64,000 nt of DNA from Anaeromyxobacter sp. (GTDB lineage: Bacteria; Myxococcota; Myxococcia; Myxococcales; Anaeromyxobacteraceae), in assembly GCA_049840735.1 (NCBI GenBank), contig JASGJN010000013.1, positions 480,001-544,000 on the forward strand, given 5' to 3'. This document shows, piece after piece, positions 1 through 14,673 of the stretch; the stretch's first letter is position 1; every line of letters begins with the position of its first letter. Below the pieces are notes generated by a model, which searched no databases, was not told the DNA's origin, and saw only the letters and a list, made by a program, of their open reading frames with translations. A program made the position numbers and the translations under genes.

Positions 1-240
1 CCGGGTCCTCGCCCACGTCGTGCCCCGCCACCCGCCCCACGCCGGCGGTGGGCGAGAGGAGCCCGCAGAGCATGCGGATGGTGGTGGACTTGCCGGCGCC
101 GTTGGCGCCCAGGTAGCCGAAGATCTCGCCGCGCTCCACCTCGAAGGTGACGCGGTCCACGGCCACGAAGTCGCCGAAGCGGCGGGTGAGGTCCCGGGCC
201 TCGATGGCGGGCCCCGGCCTGCCCTGAGCCTGTCGAAGGG

Positions 241-244
<4 letters not shown>
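1..244 (-). CDS. ABC transporter ATP-binding protein (5' part; runs off window start)
   Basis: Manual translation from GTG at 244 (GTGA overlap with upstream stop): [55 protein letters not shown], containing Walker A. Confidence 0.85.
221..240. repeat. REP-like palindromic element (CCCTGAGC..GTCGAAGGG family) inside a coding N-terminus
   Basis: GCCCTGAGCCTGTCGAAGGG, one mismatch to the copy at 48150-48169. Confidence 0.65.
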
Positions 245-1164
<920 letters not shown>

Positions 1165-1166
1165 GG

Positions 1167-2207
1167 CTACCTCCCGGTCCCGGGCAGCGTCACCTGCACC
1201 GGCATGCCGGCGCGCAGCTTGCCGCCCGGGTTCTCCACCACCACCTCCACCGGATAGACGAGCCGGTCGCGGTCGGTGCGGGTCTGGATGTTGCGGGGGG
1301 TGAACTCGGCCTCGAGCGAGACGGTGCGGACCGTGCCGGCGAAGACCTGGCCCGGCCAGGCGTCGGCCACCACCTCGGCCTTCGCGCCCGGCTTGACCGC
1401 GCCGATCTCGGCGTTGGGCAGGTAGAAGGTGGCCTTCACCTCGGAGAGGTCCACCAGCCGCACCAGCACCGCGCCGGGCGAGACCAGCTCGCCGGCCTCG
1501 TGCGGCAGGGTCTGGATCTCGGCCGCCCGGGGCGCGCGGAGCTCGCACTCCGCCACCATCAGCTTGGCCCGCTCCACCGCCGCCTGCGCCGCCCGCACCT
1601 GCTCCAGCGCGGCCCGCGCCTGCGCGCCGGTGGCGTGCTTGCCCACCGACGCGGCCCGGGCCTGCTCCTGCGCCGCCGCCGCCTGGGCGCGCGCCGCGCG
1701 GGCCTGGTTGGTGAGCTGGGTGGCGCTGGCCTGCGTCTGGTCGATGCGCGAGGCGGGCACGTCCTGCGTGAGCTTGGCCAGCCGCGCCGCGTCGCGCTCG
1801 GCCGCCTCGGCCTGGGCCAGCAGCGCCGCGGCCTGCGCCCGCGCGGCCTCCTCGGCCGCCTGCGCCGCCACCTCGGAGCGGCCCGAGACCTCCACCTGCG
1901 CCCCCGCCGCCGAGGCCTGCGCCTCGGCCGCGGCCTGGCGCGCCAGCGCCTCCGCCAGCATGGCCTGCGGGTCGGCGCAGTCGAGCCGGACCAGCAGCTG
2001 CCCGGCCTGGACCGCCTGGCCCTCCTTCACCGGCTGCTCGAGGATGCGCGCGCCGACGCGGGAGGCGAGCTCCACGACCGTCCCCTCGATCTCCCCCGTC
2101 CCGCCGGAGGGCGCGGCCAGGGCGCGGGCCTGGGTCCAGAGCCGCAGACCGATGAGCCCGCCCAGCACCACCACCAGGACCCCCAGGATGACCACCACTC
2201 TGCGCAT
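1167..2207 (-). CDS. HlyD/YbhG-family efflux membrane fusion protein
   Basis: [10 protein letters not shown]-terminal TM, Ala-rich coiled coil, [10 protein letters not shown] motif, KLRAGMP; GGGGAG RBS. Confidence 0.9.
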   Translation of the reverse strand: MRRVVVILGVLVVVLGGLIGLRLWTQARALAAPSGGTGEIEGTVVELASRVGARILEQPVKEGQAVQAGQLLVRLDCADPQAMLAEALARQAAAEAQASAAGAQVEVSGRSEVAAQAAEEAARAQAAALLAQAEAAERDAARLAKLTQDVPASRIDQTQASATQLTNQARAARAQAAAAQEQARAASVGKHATGAQARAALEQVRAAQAAVERAKLMVAECELRAPRAAEIQTLPHEAGELVSPGAVLVRLVDLSEVKATFYLPNAEIGAVKPGAKAEVVADAWPGQVFAGTVRTVSLEAEFTPRNIQTRTDRDRLVYPVEVVVENPGGKLRAGMPVQVTLPGTGR

Positions 2208-2274
2208 CGCGTGCTCCCCTCCGCGGTCCCTCCGCGGCTCGACCCGGCGCCGCGCGCCTGGCCCCCTCTCCCCA

Positions 2275-2290
2275 GGCAAGCCGCGTGCCG
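2275..2290 (-). promoter_or_regulatory. sigma-54 (-24/-12) promoter for the hlyD-ABC operon
   Basis: Minus strand CGGCACGCGGCTTGCC (GG-N10-GC). Confidence 0.7.
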
Positions 2291-2433
2291 CGGGCGCCCC
2301 CGTGGCGCCACGCGGGGTTGGGCCTGGGCGCGCCCGGACCGGGCGTAAGGGAGATCCGACGCCAGGAAGGGGTTCCGACGGCCGCCCGGCGGCCCGGCGC
2401 CGCAAATGCAGCAGGATGGCGCGCCTTGCGACG

Positions 2434-2449
2434 CGGCACCGTCCTTGCT
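2434..2449 (+). promoter_or_regulatory. sigma-54 (-24/-12) promoter for the tolC-like gene
   Basis: CGGCACCGTCCTTGCT (GG-N10-GC). Confidence 0.7.
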
Positions 2450-2490
2450 GTGCACTCGCGCGGCGCGGTCCGCGCCTGGAGAACAGCACC

Positions 2491-3813
2491 GTGAACCTGA
2501 CCTGCCTCGCCGCCCTGCTCGCCCTCACCGCCGCCGCGCAGGCCCCGGCGCCCCCCGCCGCCGGGGCCGGGGCGCCCGGCCCGGCCGTGCTCACGCTGGC
2601 GCAGGCGCTGGAGGAGCTGGACCGTCAGAGCCTCTCGCTGGTGCAGGCCCGCAGCCGCGCCGCCGAGGCCAGCGGCCTGGCACGCCAGGCCCTGGCCCCG
2701 CTCCTGCCCTCGCTGGCGGTGGGCGCGAGCTGGGTCCAGAACAGCGACGACGCGGTGATGAACCTCCCCGGCACGCCGCCGCGGGTCATCCCCATCCAGC
2801 CGCTCCACTCCGCCACCGCCTCGGCCTCGGCGCGCCTGCCGCTGGTCGAGCCCAGCGCCTGGTTCGACCTGGCCGCCGCCCGCGACGCGGCCCGCGCCGC
2901 CGACCTGGGCGCCAGCGCCACCCGGCTCACGCTCCGCACCGGCTTCGCGCAGGCCGCGCACCAGGCCGCCGCCACCGAGGAGCTGGTCTCGGCCTCGGAG
3001 CGCGCGGTGGAGAACGCCGCCGAGCTGACCCGGAGCGCCGAGCGGCGCGTGGCGGCGGGGACGGCGGCGCCGCTGGACGCGCTGCGGGCCCGCACCGAGC
3101 TGGTGAAGCGGCAGAGCGACCTGGCCGACGCGCGCGCCGGGCTGGACAAGGCCGAGCTGGCGCTGGGGATCCTGCTGGGCCGGCCGGCGCCGGTCCGCGT
3201 CACCGTGCCGGACGTGGGCGCCCAGCCCGACCCGGCGCCCACCGCCCAGGTGGAGCCGCTGGAGGCGGAGGCCCTGGCCCACCGCCCGGAGCTGGCCGCC
3301 ACGCAGGCGCAGGTCGAGGCGGCGCAGGCCGGCGTCCGCTCCGCCTGGGCGCGGCTGGCCCCGCAGCTCTCGGCCTCGGCCTCCGTGTTCCGCTCCGACA
3401 CGCTGCAGATCACCGAGGAGTACGACGGCTGGCGCGCCACGCTGGACCTGAGCTGGCCGCTCTACGACGGCGGCTTCCGCTACGGCAAGCGCCGCCAGGC
3501 GGAGGCGCAGCTGACCGGGGCCCGGGCCGGCGCCGAGGCGCAGCGGCTGGCGGTGGTGCAGGAGGTGCGGGACGCGGCCCGCGATCTCGAGGTGGCGCGC
3601 GAGCGGCTGCGCCTGGCCGGCACCCAGCGCGACCTGGCGGCGGAGACGCGCGCCTCGGCGCAGCGCTCCTTCGACGCCGGGATCGCCTCCAGCCTGGACG
3701 TGATCGACGCCAACGACCGGCTCTTCCAGGCCGAGACCGGCCTGGCCGGCGCCCGGGCCCGGCTGGCCGCGGCGCGGCTGGCGCTGCTGCGCGCCCTGGG
3801 GCGGGAGGCCTAG
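2491..3813 (+). CDS. TolC-family outer membrane efflux protein
   Basis: Signal peptide, two OEP-like repeats (LPSLAV, PLYDGG, GIASSLDVIDA); GTG start with GGAGA RBS. Confidence 0.88.
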   Translation: MNLTCLAALLALTAAAQAPAPPAAGAGAPGPAVLTLAQALEELDRQSLSLVQARSRAAEASGLARQALAPLLPSLAVGASWVQNSDDAVMNLPGTPPRVIPIQPLHSATASASARLPLVEPSAWFDLAAARDAARAADLGASATRLTLRTGFAQAAHQAAATEELVSASERAVENAAELTRSAERRVAAGTAAPLDALRARTELVKRQSDLADARAGLDKAELALGILLGRPAPVRVTVPDVGAQPDPAPTAQVEPLEAEALAHRPELAATQAQVEAAQAGVRSAWARLAPQLSASASVFRSDTLQITEEYDGWRATLDLSWPLYDGGFRYGKRRQAEAQLTGARAGAEAQRLAVVQEVRDAARDLEVARERLRLAGTQRDLAAETRASAQRSFDAGIASSLDVIDANDRLFQAETGLAGARARLAAARLALLRALGREA

Positions 3814-3863
3814 CCATGCTGCGCCGGCGCCGCCCCCGGTCTATCCTGGGCCACGGAGGACGG

Positions 3864-5185
3864 ATGCCCACGCCGTCGGTGCAGAAGACCATCGAGCAGG
3901 AGGAGATGGGCCGGCTCTTCGGCCACCTGGCCTGGGCCCGGGTCGTGGCCATCCCGGTGGCCGGCGCGCTGGCCTGCTGGCTCCTCTGGCAGGACGGCTC
4001 GGCCTGGCGCCGCCACCTGCTGGGCGGCGGGCTGGCGGTGATCTTCACCTTCTTCCTGGTCGAGTGGCTGCGCTACCGGCGCAGCGGCCTCACCCCCCAC
4101 GCCATCCGCGTCAACCTCTTCGGCGCGGCGGCGGGGATCATGGTGGTCTCGTTCGCCAGCGGCGGCATCGAGAGCCCGTTCCTCGTCACCGCGGTGCCCA
4201 TCGCCGTCCTCACCTCGGTGCTGATCCGGCCGCCGCTGCAGCTGCTGGTGCCGCTCTTCCAGATCGCCGCGGTCTGGGTCATGGCCGTGATCGGCGCCCG
4301 CGGCACCATCCCGGACTTCAACCTGGGCGCGTTCGGCGGCGGGCCGCGGGTGGGCACCGACGTGAACCACCTCTGGGCGCACGCCGGCTTCCTGACCTTC
4401 ATCCTGGTGGTCACGCAGGTGATCGGCCGGGGCGTGCGCAAGACCTTCGAGGCCATCCTGCGCCGCCGGCTGGCCGCGCAGCAGGAGTCGCTCCGGGTCC
4501 ACCAGGAGCGGGCCGAGGAGCTGACCGCGCTCTCGGCGGAGATCGCCCACGAGCTCAAGAACCCGCTGGCCAGCGTGAAGGGGCTGGCCGGGCTGCTCTC
4601 GCAGCACCTGCCGGACGGCAAGGGGGCGGAGCGGCTGGGGGTGCTGCGGCGCGAGGTGGACCGCATGCAGTCCATCCTGGACGAGTTCCTCAACTTCTCG
4701 CGGCCGCTGGTGCCGCTGGCGCTGGGGGACAGCGACGTGGCGGCGCTCTGCCGCGAGGTGGCGGCGCTGCACGAGGGCATGGCCAAGGAGCGCGGGGTGG
4801 AGCTGCTGGTCAAGGGCGGGCCGGTCAGGGTGCGCTGTGATCCACGCAAGGTGAAGCAGGTGCTGATCAACCTCCTGCAGAACGCCATCGACGCCAGCGC
4901 GCCCGGGGACGAGGTGTCGCTGGAGGCCGGGGTCCGGGAGGGCGGCGCGCTGGTGCGGGTGCTCGATCGCGGCCAGGGCGTGGACCCGTCGCTGGGCGAG
5001 GCGGTCTTCTCGCCCGGCGTCACCACCAAGAGCAGCGGCTCCGGGCTGGGGCTCACCATCGCCCGCTCGCTGGCGCGGCAGCACGGCGGCGACCTGGCCC
5101 TGACCCCGCGCACCGGGGGCGGGACCTCGGCGGAGCTGACCCTGCCGGCCCGACCCGGCGACGCCGAGGCGCCGAGGATCACCGG

Positions 5186-5189
<4 letters not shown>
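3864..5189 (+). CDS. Multi-TM sensor histidine kinase
   Basis: H-box AHELKNPL, N-box NLLQNAIDA, DRGQG, GSGLGL; hydrophobic N-terminal half; GGAGG RBS. Confidence 0.92.
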
Positions 5190-6607
<1,418 letters not shown>

Positions 6608-6715
6608 GCTGAGCTGCGCCTCGCCCGCCTCCCCGCCGCTCGGGCGGAGGCTCCCCGCTTTTCCGTCCGACCGGAGGGACGCGGGCCCGGCGTCCCGTCG
6701 CGAACGTGGAGGGCG

Positions 6716-7477
6716 ATGAGCCTCGCCCTGCTGGCGGTCGCCCTCCTCTGCTCGACGGCGCCCCCCGGCGCTCCACCCCAGCCGGCCTCCACCGCCGCGG
6801 CGCCGGCCGCGCCCACCGCCGCGCTGGCGGTCCCGGCCTCGGCGGCCGACCCGGCGCTGGAGGAGGCGCTGGACGCGGGCGGGGCGGCGTCGGAGGGGCT
6901 GGGGGGCGCGCTGGGCCCGGACCTGTCCCCGCGCCTGGGCCGGCCCAGGCTGGACGGCGGCGGCCTCTTGCGCGGCCGTGACCTGATGGGCGCCAGCCTG
7001 GGCACCATGGCCGGGGACGCGGCCGTGGCGGGGCTGACCTTCGGCACCTACCTGCTCTTCACCCGGGGTGTCATCTCCCCCACCGTCGGGAACTTCCGCG
7101 CCGCCGGCCTCACCCTGGCGGCCGGGGCGTTGCTGCTGCCGCCGCTGGGGGCCACGCTGGGCGGGTCGCTCTTCCACCGCGGCCCGCGCGACGGCGCCGC
7201 CTGGAAGGCCTTCCTGCTCTCGCTCCTGGGCCACTCGGCGGCGCTGATGGTGGCCTACATGGCCGCGCCGCAGTACTGGGCGCTGGTGCCGGTGCAGCTG
7301 GGGCTGATGGCCCCGGGCACGTCGCTGGGGCTGAACTGGGGGCCGGGGCACCGCGGGCTGGCCAGCGAGCGCCCGCCCGGCCCATCGGCGGACGCCGCCC
7401 CGGCGCGCCCAGCGCCCGGCCCAGCCCCGTTCGCGCTGGGGCCGACCTGCCCGATAGCAGGGTCGATTCCCGGCTAA
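6716..7477 (+). CDS. Hypothetical membrane protein
   Basis: Signal-like N-terminus and several hydrophobic segments; GGAGG RBS. Confidence 0.6.
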   Translation: MSLALLAVALLCSTAPPGAPPQPASTAAAPAAPTAALAVPASAADPALEEALDAGGAASEGLGGALGPDLSPRLGRPRLDGGGLLRGRDLMGASLGTMAGDAAVAGLTFGTYLLFTRGVISPTVGNFRAAGLTLAAGALLLPPLGATLGGSLFHRGPRDGAAWKAFLLSLLGHSAALMVAYMAAPQYWALVPVQLGLMAPGTSLGLNWGPGHRGLASERPPGPSADAAPARPAPGPAPFALGPTCPIAGSIPG

Positions 7478-7945
7478 CGCTTGCCGTCCAGCTTGCGGAG
7501 CAGCCGGGCGTGCCCGGCGTCCTGCCCGGCCAGCAGCTGGAAGAAGGCCCGGACGTCGGGGTGGGCCGTGCGGGCGATCACCTCGGCGTGGGCGCTGCCG
7601 ACCCGCTCCTCCAGCCGGACCACGTTCTCGAGCACCTGGGCCAGGGTCCGGCCGAAGCGCCCGTCCTGCATCTGCGCGATGGCCTCCTGCACCTCGACCA
7701 CCGTCCGCTCCAGCTCGGCCACGGCCTGCGCGCTGGGCGTGCCCAGGATCTTCGGGTCGTGCCGGTAGCGGGACGCCAGGAGCCGCACGCGGCTGGCGTG
7801 CTGGACCTCCTCCGCCTGCAGGCGCTGGAACACCTCGCGCGCCTCCGGGTCGGAGCTGAACCGGGCCGCCAGCACCCCGTAGCCCTCGGCCGAGAGCTGC
7901 TCGATCTGCTCCGCGAGAGCGAAGATTCTGGTACGTGGTGGCCAA
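7474..7945 (-). CDS. Ferritin-like/rubrerythrin-domain protein (probable +1 frameshift near 7927)
   Basis: EEVQH (ExxH) and C-terminal QDAGH helix; removing one A joins TTG-start MATTYQ to IFALAEQIEQLSAEGYGVLAARF. Confidence 0.65.
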
Positions 7946-8136
7946 CCCCGTGAAGGTACCCGGGCCCACCTGCCCCGACAAGCCGGGGGGCCAGGGGACG
8001 CCCCTCACGCGGCCGCCCCCCCTGCCCCGAGAGCAGGTTGCGCCTGGCCGGCCAGGCGGCCTCCCCCGCCGGCCCGCACCTGAGCACGGGCCCCCCGGCC
8101 CGGGCTGGGTTATCTTCGGCGCCCAACGGAGGTCAC

Positions 8137-9768
8137 ATGGGCAACGGCCGCTTCCGCATCCCCGAGCCGCGCAACGAGCCGGTCCTCTCCTACGCCCCGG
8201 GCACGCCCGAGCGCGCCGCCCTCAAGGCGGCGCTGACCGAGCAGGGTGGCCACGAGCTGGAGATCCCGCTGGTGATCGGCGGCCGCGAGGTCCGGACCGG
8301 CCGCATGGCGGAGATCCGGGTCCCGCACCGCCACGCGCAGCGGATCGCCCGCTACCACCAGGCCGGGCCGGCCGAGGTGCAGGCCGCCATCGAGGCGGCG
8401 CTGGAGGCGCGCAGGTCCTGGGCGGCGCTGGAGCCGCACGACCGGGCCGCCATCCTGCTGCGCGCGGCCGACCTGCTGGCCGGCCCCTGGCGGCAGCGGC
8501 TCAACGCCGCCACCATGCTGGGCCAGTCCAAGACCGCCTACCAGGCGGAGATCGACTCGGCCTGCGAGACCATCGACTTCTTCCGCTGGAACCCGCACTT
8601 CATGGAGCGGCTGCTCTCCGACCAGCCCCACTCGCCGCCCGGCCAGTGGAACCGGCTGGAGTGCCGGCCGCTGGAGGGGTTCGTCTTCGCGGTCACGCCC
8701 TTCAACTTCACCGCCATCGCCGCCAACCTGCCCACCGCACCGGCGCTGATGGGCAACACCGTGGTCTGGAAGCCGGCCTCCACCGCCGTCTACTCCAACT
8801 GGCACCTCTTCAAGCTGCTGGAGGCGGCCGGGCTGCCGCCGGGCGTGATCAACTTCGTCCCTGGCCCCGGGCGCGCGGTGGGGGACCCGGCCCTGGCCAG
8901 CCCGGACCTGGCCGGCATCCACTTCACCGGCTCCACCGGCGTGTTCCAGCAGATGTGGCGGACCATCGGCGAGAACCTGCCGCGCTACCACGGCTACCCG
9001 CGCATCGTGGGCGAGACCGGCGGCAAGGACTTCGTCTTCGTGCACCCCTCGGCCGACGTGGACGCCGCCGCCGTGGGGCTGGTGCGCGGCGCCTTCGAGT
9101 ACCAGGGGCAGAAGTGCTCGGCCGCCTCGCGCGCCTACATCCCCGAGAGCCTCTGGCCGGCCATCCGCGAGCGGCTGCTGGCCATGGTGGAGGCCATCCG
9201 GGTGGGCGAGGTGGAGGACTTCACCAACTTCATGGGCGCGGTGATCGACCGCGGCAGCTTCGAGTCGCTCAAGAAGGCCATCAACTCGGCCCGCGACTCC
9301 TCGCAGGCCAAGATCATCGCCGGCGGCACCTGCGACGACTCCACCGGCTTCTTCATCGAGCCGACCATCATCGAGACGGTCAACCCGCGCTTCAAGCTGA
9401 TGGAGGAGGAGCTGTTCGGCCCGGTGCTGACGGTCTTCGTCTACGCCGACATCCGCCTGGACGAGGCGCTGGAGCTGTGCGGCTCCACCTCGCCCTACGG
9501 CCTCACCGGCGCGGTCTTCGCCCGCGATCGGGACGCCATCGCGGACCTGACCCGGCGGCTCACCGACGCGGCCGGCAACTTCTACATCAACGACAAGCCC
9601 ACCGGCGCGGTGGTGGGCCAGCAGCCGTTCGGCGGGGCGCGGGCCTCGGGCACCAACGACAAGGCCGGCTCCATCGCCAACCTCTACCGCTGGACCTCGC
9701 TCCGCTCCGTCAAGGAGACGTTCGACCCGCCGACGCGGTTCGAGTACCCGTTCATGAAGGAGAAGTGA
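8137..9768 (+). CDS. pruA: L-glutamate gamma-semialdehyde (P5C) dehydrogenase
   Basis: NEPVLSYAPG, PFNFTAI, FTGSTG, GETGGKDF, FEYQGQKCSA, GNFYINDKPTGAVVGQQPFGG. Confidence 0.95.
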   Translation: MGNGRFRIPEPRNEPVLSYAPGTPERAALKAALTEQGGHELEIPLVIGGREVRTGRMAEIRVPHRHAQRIARYHQAGPAEVQAAIEAALEARRSWAALEPHDRAAILLRAADLLAGPWRQRLNAATMLGQSKTAYQAEIDSACETIDFFRWNPHFMERLLSDQPHSPPGQWNRLECRPLEGFVFAVTPFNFTAIAANLPTAPALMGNTVVWKPASTAVYSNWHLFKLLEAAGLPPGVINFVPGPGRAVGDPALASPDLAGIHFTGSTGVFQQMWRTIGENLPRYHGYPRIVGETGGKDFVFVHPSADVDAAAVGLVRGAFEYQGQKCSAASRAYIPESLWPAIRERLLAMVEAIRVGEVEDFTNFMGAVIDRGSFESLKKAINSARDSSQAKIIAGGTCDDSTGFFIEPTIIETVNPRFKLMEEELFGPVLTVFVYADIRLDEALELCGSTSPYGLTGAVFARDRDAIADLTRRLTDAAGNFYINDKPTGAVVGQQPFGGARASGTNDKAGSIANLYRWTSLRSVKETFDPPTRFEYPFMKEK

Positions 9769-11159
9769 CGGGCAGCGTCACCCGGAACACCGTCCCCTGC
9801 CCCGGCGCGCTCTCCGCCTGGATGGCGCCGCCGTGCGCCTCGGCGATGCGGCGCGCCAGGGCCAGCCCCAGCCCCACGCCGCCGGCGCTGCGCGCCCGGC
9901 TGCGGTCGGTCCGGAAGAAGGGCGTGAACAGCCGCGGCAGGTCCTCCGGCGCGACGCCGATGCCCTGATCCCGCACCTCCAGCACCAGCTCCGCGGCGCC
10001 GGCCCGCGCCGAGAGCCGCACCGGCGCGGGCGGCTCGGAGTACTTGGCGGCGTTGTCGAGCAGGTTGGCCAGCAGCCGGCGCAGCAGCGCCGCGTCACCG
10101 CTGATCACCGGGAGGCCGGCCGGCACCTCCAGCGCCAGCGCCCGGTCCGGCCAGCGCCCGCGGAAGGCCGCCGCGGCCGCCTCCACCACCTCGCCCGGCG
10201 CCACCGGCGCGCGCTGCACCGGCAGGCCGCCGGCCGGCCCCAGGTCGAGGCGCGCGGTGGAGAGCACGTCCTCCACCAGCCGGTCCAGCTCGGCCAGGTC
10301 GGTCCCAATCTCCCCCAGGAACCGTCGCGCCCGCTCCAGGTCCCCTTCGGCTGCCAGCTCCAGCGCCACGCGGATGCGGGCCAGCGGCGTGCGCAGCTCG
10401 TGCGAGACGTTGGCCAGCAGCTCCTTCTCGCTGCGGACCAGCCGCTCCAGCCGCTCCGCCATCTCGTCGAAGGCGCCCCCCAGCTCCCCCACCTCGCCGC
10501 GCCCGCGCACGCCCGAGCGGGCCGTGAGGTCGCCCCCGCCCAGCGCGCGGGCCGCCGCGGTGAGCCGCTGCACCGGCGCGGCGATGGAGCGGGCCAGCGG
10601 CACCGAGCCGAGCGCCAGCGCGAAGAGCACGGCGCCCAGCGCCAGCGCGGCGCGCTCGGGGTGGTGGTCGCTTGGGGCGCGGGAGAAGAGCACGCGCCCG
10701 CCCTCGGGCAGCGGGACGGCGTAGCCCATCCCGCGCCCCTCCAGCCGCACCGGGCCGCGGCCCGCGTCCGGCGGGGCGCGCAGAGGGGGGCGCGCGCTGC
10801 TCGCCAGCAGGCTCCCGTCGGCGCCCCACACGCTGGCCTCGAATCCCGAACACCTGCGCCACCCGCCCCAGCTCCGCCTGCAGGCGGACCGGGTCCCCGC
10901 GCAGCGCCTCCACCTGCCCGGCGCCGTAGCCGGCCACCGCGTCCGGCTCGCGCCACCAGGCGTCGCGGTTGAAGGCCCAGGAGACGAAGCCCACCGCCAG
11001 CGCCACCAGCACCAGCAGCAGGAGCCCGTGGCCGTAGATGCGCCAGAACATCCAGCCGTGGGCGCGGCCGTGGCCGTGGTGCCAGGCGTGCGGGGCGCAG
11101 CCGTGTGGGTGGTCGTGGGGCGCGTGCCCGGGGTGGTGCCGGCGCCGGTGGAGCCTCAC
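9752..11159 (-). CDS. HAMP sensor histidine kinase with His-rich N-terminus (+1 frameshift near 10843)
   Basis: ORF 10095..11159 gives the N-terminus/TM1 and ORF 9752..10831 gives HAMP, SHELRTPL, NAAKY, GVGLGL; GGG ATTC GAG restores GIEASVWG if one T is removed. Confidence 0.85.
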
Positions 11160-11872
11160 CCGTCCTCCTCGGCCAGCACGTAGCCGGAGCCGCGCACGGT
11201 CTTGATGAGCCGCGGCCGCTTGGGATCGTCCCCCAGCTTCTGGCGCAGGCGCGAGACGTGGACGTCGATGGAGCGGTCGAAGGCGTCCTCGGCGCTGCCC
11301 CGCGCCAGCTCCATCAGCTGCTCGCGGGTCAGCACCCGCCCGGCCCGGCGGGCCAGCGCCTCCAGCAGCGTGAACTCGTAGCCGGTGAGGGCGATCTCCC
11401 GGCCGGCCAGCGTGACCTTCCGCGCGCCCGGGTCCACCGTCAGCCCGCCCACGCGCACCAGCCCGCGGGCCGGCCCGGCCCGCCCCTTGGCGCGCCTGGT
11501 GACCGCGCGCAGCCGGGCCAGCAGCTCGCGCGGCGAGTAGGGCTTGGCCAGGTAGTCGTCGGCCCCCAGCTCCAGCCCCATGACCCGGTCCGCCTCCTCG
11601 CCCCGGGCGGTGAGGACCAGGATGGGCACGTCGGAGCGTGCCCGCAGCTCGCGGCAGACCTCCAGCCCGTCCTTGCCCGGGAGCATCAGGTCGAGCAGCA
11701 CCGCGTCGTAGCGGCCGGAGGCCCCCTCGGCCAGCCCGCGCGGCCCGTCAGCCACGTGCACCACCGCCACCCCGTGGCTCTCGAGGTACTCGCGGGTGAG
11801 CGAGGCCAGCCGCTGGTCGTCCTCGACCAGCAGCACGAGCAGCGGGGTGGCGGGGTCGGTCACGGCGTGCAT
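11156..11872 (-). CDS. OmpR-family response regulator
   Basis: LVEDD, LDLMLP, GADDYLAKP, winged helix DRSIDVHVSRLRQK..IKTVRGSGY. Confidence 0.95.
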   Translation of the reverse strand: MHAVTDPATPLLVLLVEDDQRLASLTREYLESHGVAVVHVADGPRGLAEGASGRYDAVLLDLMLPGKDGLEVCRELRARSDVPILVLTARGEEADRVMGLELGADDYLAKPYSPRELLARLRAVTRRAKGRAGPARGLVRVGGLTVDPGARKVTLAGREIALTGYEFTLLEALARRAGRVLTREQLMELARGSAEDAFDRSIDVHVSRLRQKLGDDPKRPRLIKTVRGSGYVLAEEDG

Positions 11873-11873
11873 C

Positions 11874-11996
11874 CTAGCGCGGACGGGGGCGGACCGGCTT
11901 GCGGCGGCGGCGCGGGGGCGCGGCGGCGGCCGGGACGGGGACCGGCGCCGCGGCCAGCGCGGCCCCCGGCCAGATGAGCCAGAGCAGCGGGATCAT
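11874..11996 (-). CDS. Putative 40-aa small protein
   Basis: ATG overlaps the spy-like stop (TGATG) and its TAG is 1 nt before the regulator ATG; MIPLLWLIWPGAALAAAPVPVPAAAAPPRRRRKPVRPRPR. Confidence 0.4.
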   Translation of the reverse strand: MIPLLWLIWPGAALAAAPVPVPAAAAPPRRRRKPVRPRPR

Positions 11997-12442
11997 CACT
12001 CGCCCATGTGGCGCTCGACCTTGCGGGTCAGCTTGGCGCGCTGGTCGGGGGTGAGGACGTCGTGCACCTCCACGCCGGCGTCCACCGCCTGGTGCGCCAG
12101 GGCCCGCATGGCCTCGAACCGCTGGTCCACCAGGGCGTGCAGCCGGGCCTTGTCCGGCTGCTCGGCCTTCCACTGCGCCAGGAACTCCTGGTGCACGGCG
12201 GCCGAGTCGGCGTGCAGCGCCTGGCCGGAGGCCAGCATGCGATCCTTGACCGCCAGGATCTGCTGCCGCTGCGCCTCGGTGGCGTCCACGTCGTCCAGCG
12301 CGTCCTCCACCCGGCCGGTCACGAAGGCGGCCACCTGGGCCGGGTCGTGGGCCCGGTGGCAGGCGTGGCGGAAGCCGGTCAGGACCAGGAATCCGGCGGC
12401 CACCAGGGCGACGGTGCCGGTGGCGATGAGGGTCTTCTTCAT
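11996..12442 (-). CDS. Spy/CpxP-family periplasmic protein
   Basis: Signal/TM MKKTLIATG, ATEAQ and VLTPDQR (LTxxQ) motifs; GGAGGAG RBS. Confidence 0.85.
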   Translation of the reverse strand: MKKTLIATGTVALVAAGFLVLTGFRHACHRAHDPAQVAAFVTGRVEDALDDVDATEAQRQQILAVKDRMLASGQALHADSAAVHQEFLAQWKAEQPDKARLHALVDQRFEAMRALAHQAVDAGVEVHDVLTPDQRAKLTRKVERHMGE

Positions 12443-12480
12443 GGCTTTGCTCCTCCCCGGCTCCAGGCCGGGCATGGGTT

Positions 12481-12531
12481 CCCTGGCCTTCGACTCCGCC
12501 GCCTCCGGCGGCTACGCGCAGGCCGAACGGG
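12481..12531. repeat. REP-like element (CCTTCGAC-hairpin-CTACGC.CAGG.CGAACGG)
   Basis: Same layout as the element at 40302-40355. Confidence 0.6.
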
Positions 12532-12654
12532 CCAGGATTCGGGGGCCAGGCGCAGGAGCAGGATGCGCGGCGCCCGCGGAGCAGGCTTGTCCGGAACTTG
12601 AAGAAACGTTAACTGTCCCGGCCGCACCCCGGGACACCCGGGGCGCCCCTCGCC

Positions 12655-14673
<2,019 letters not shown>

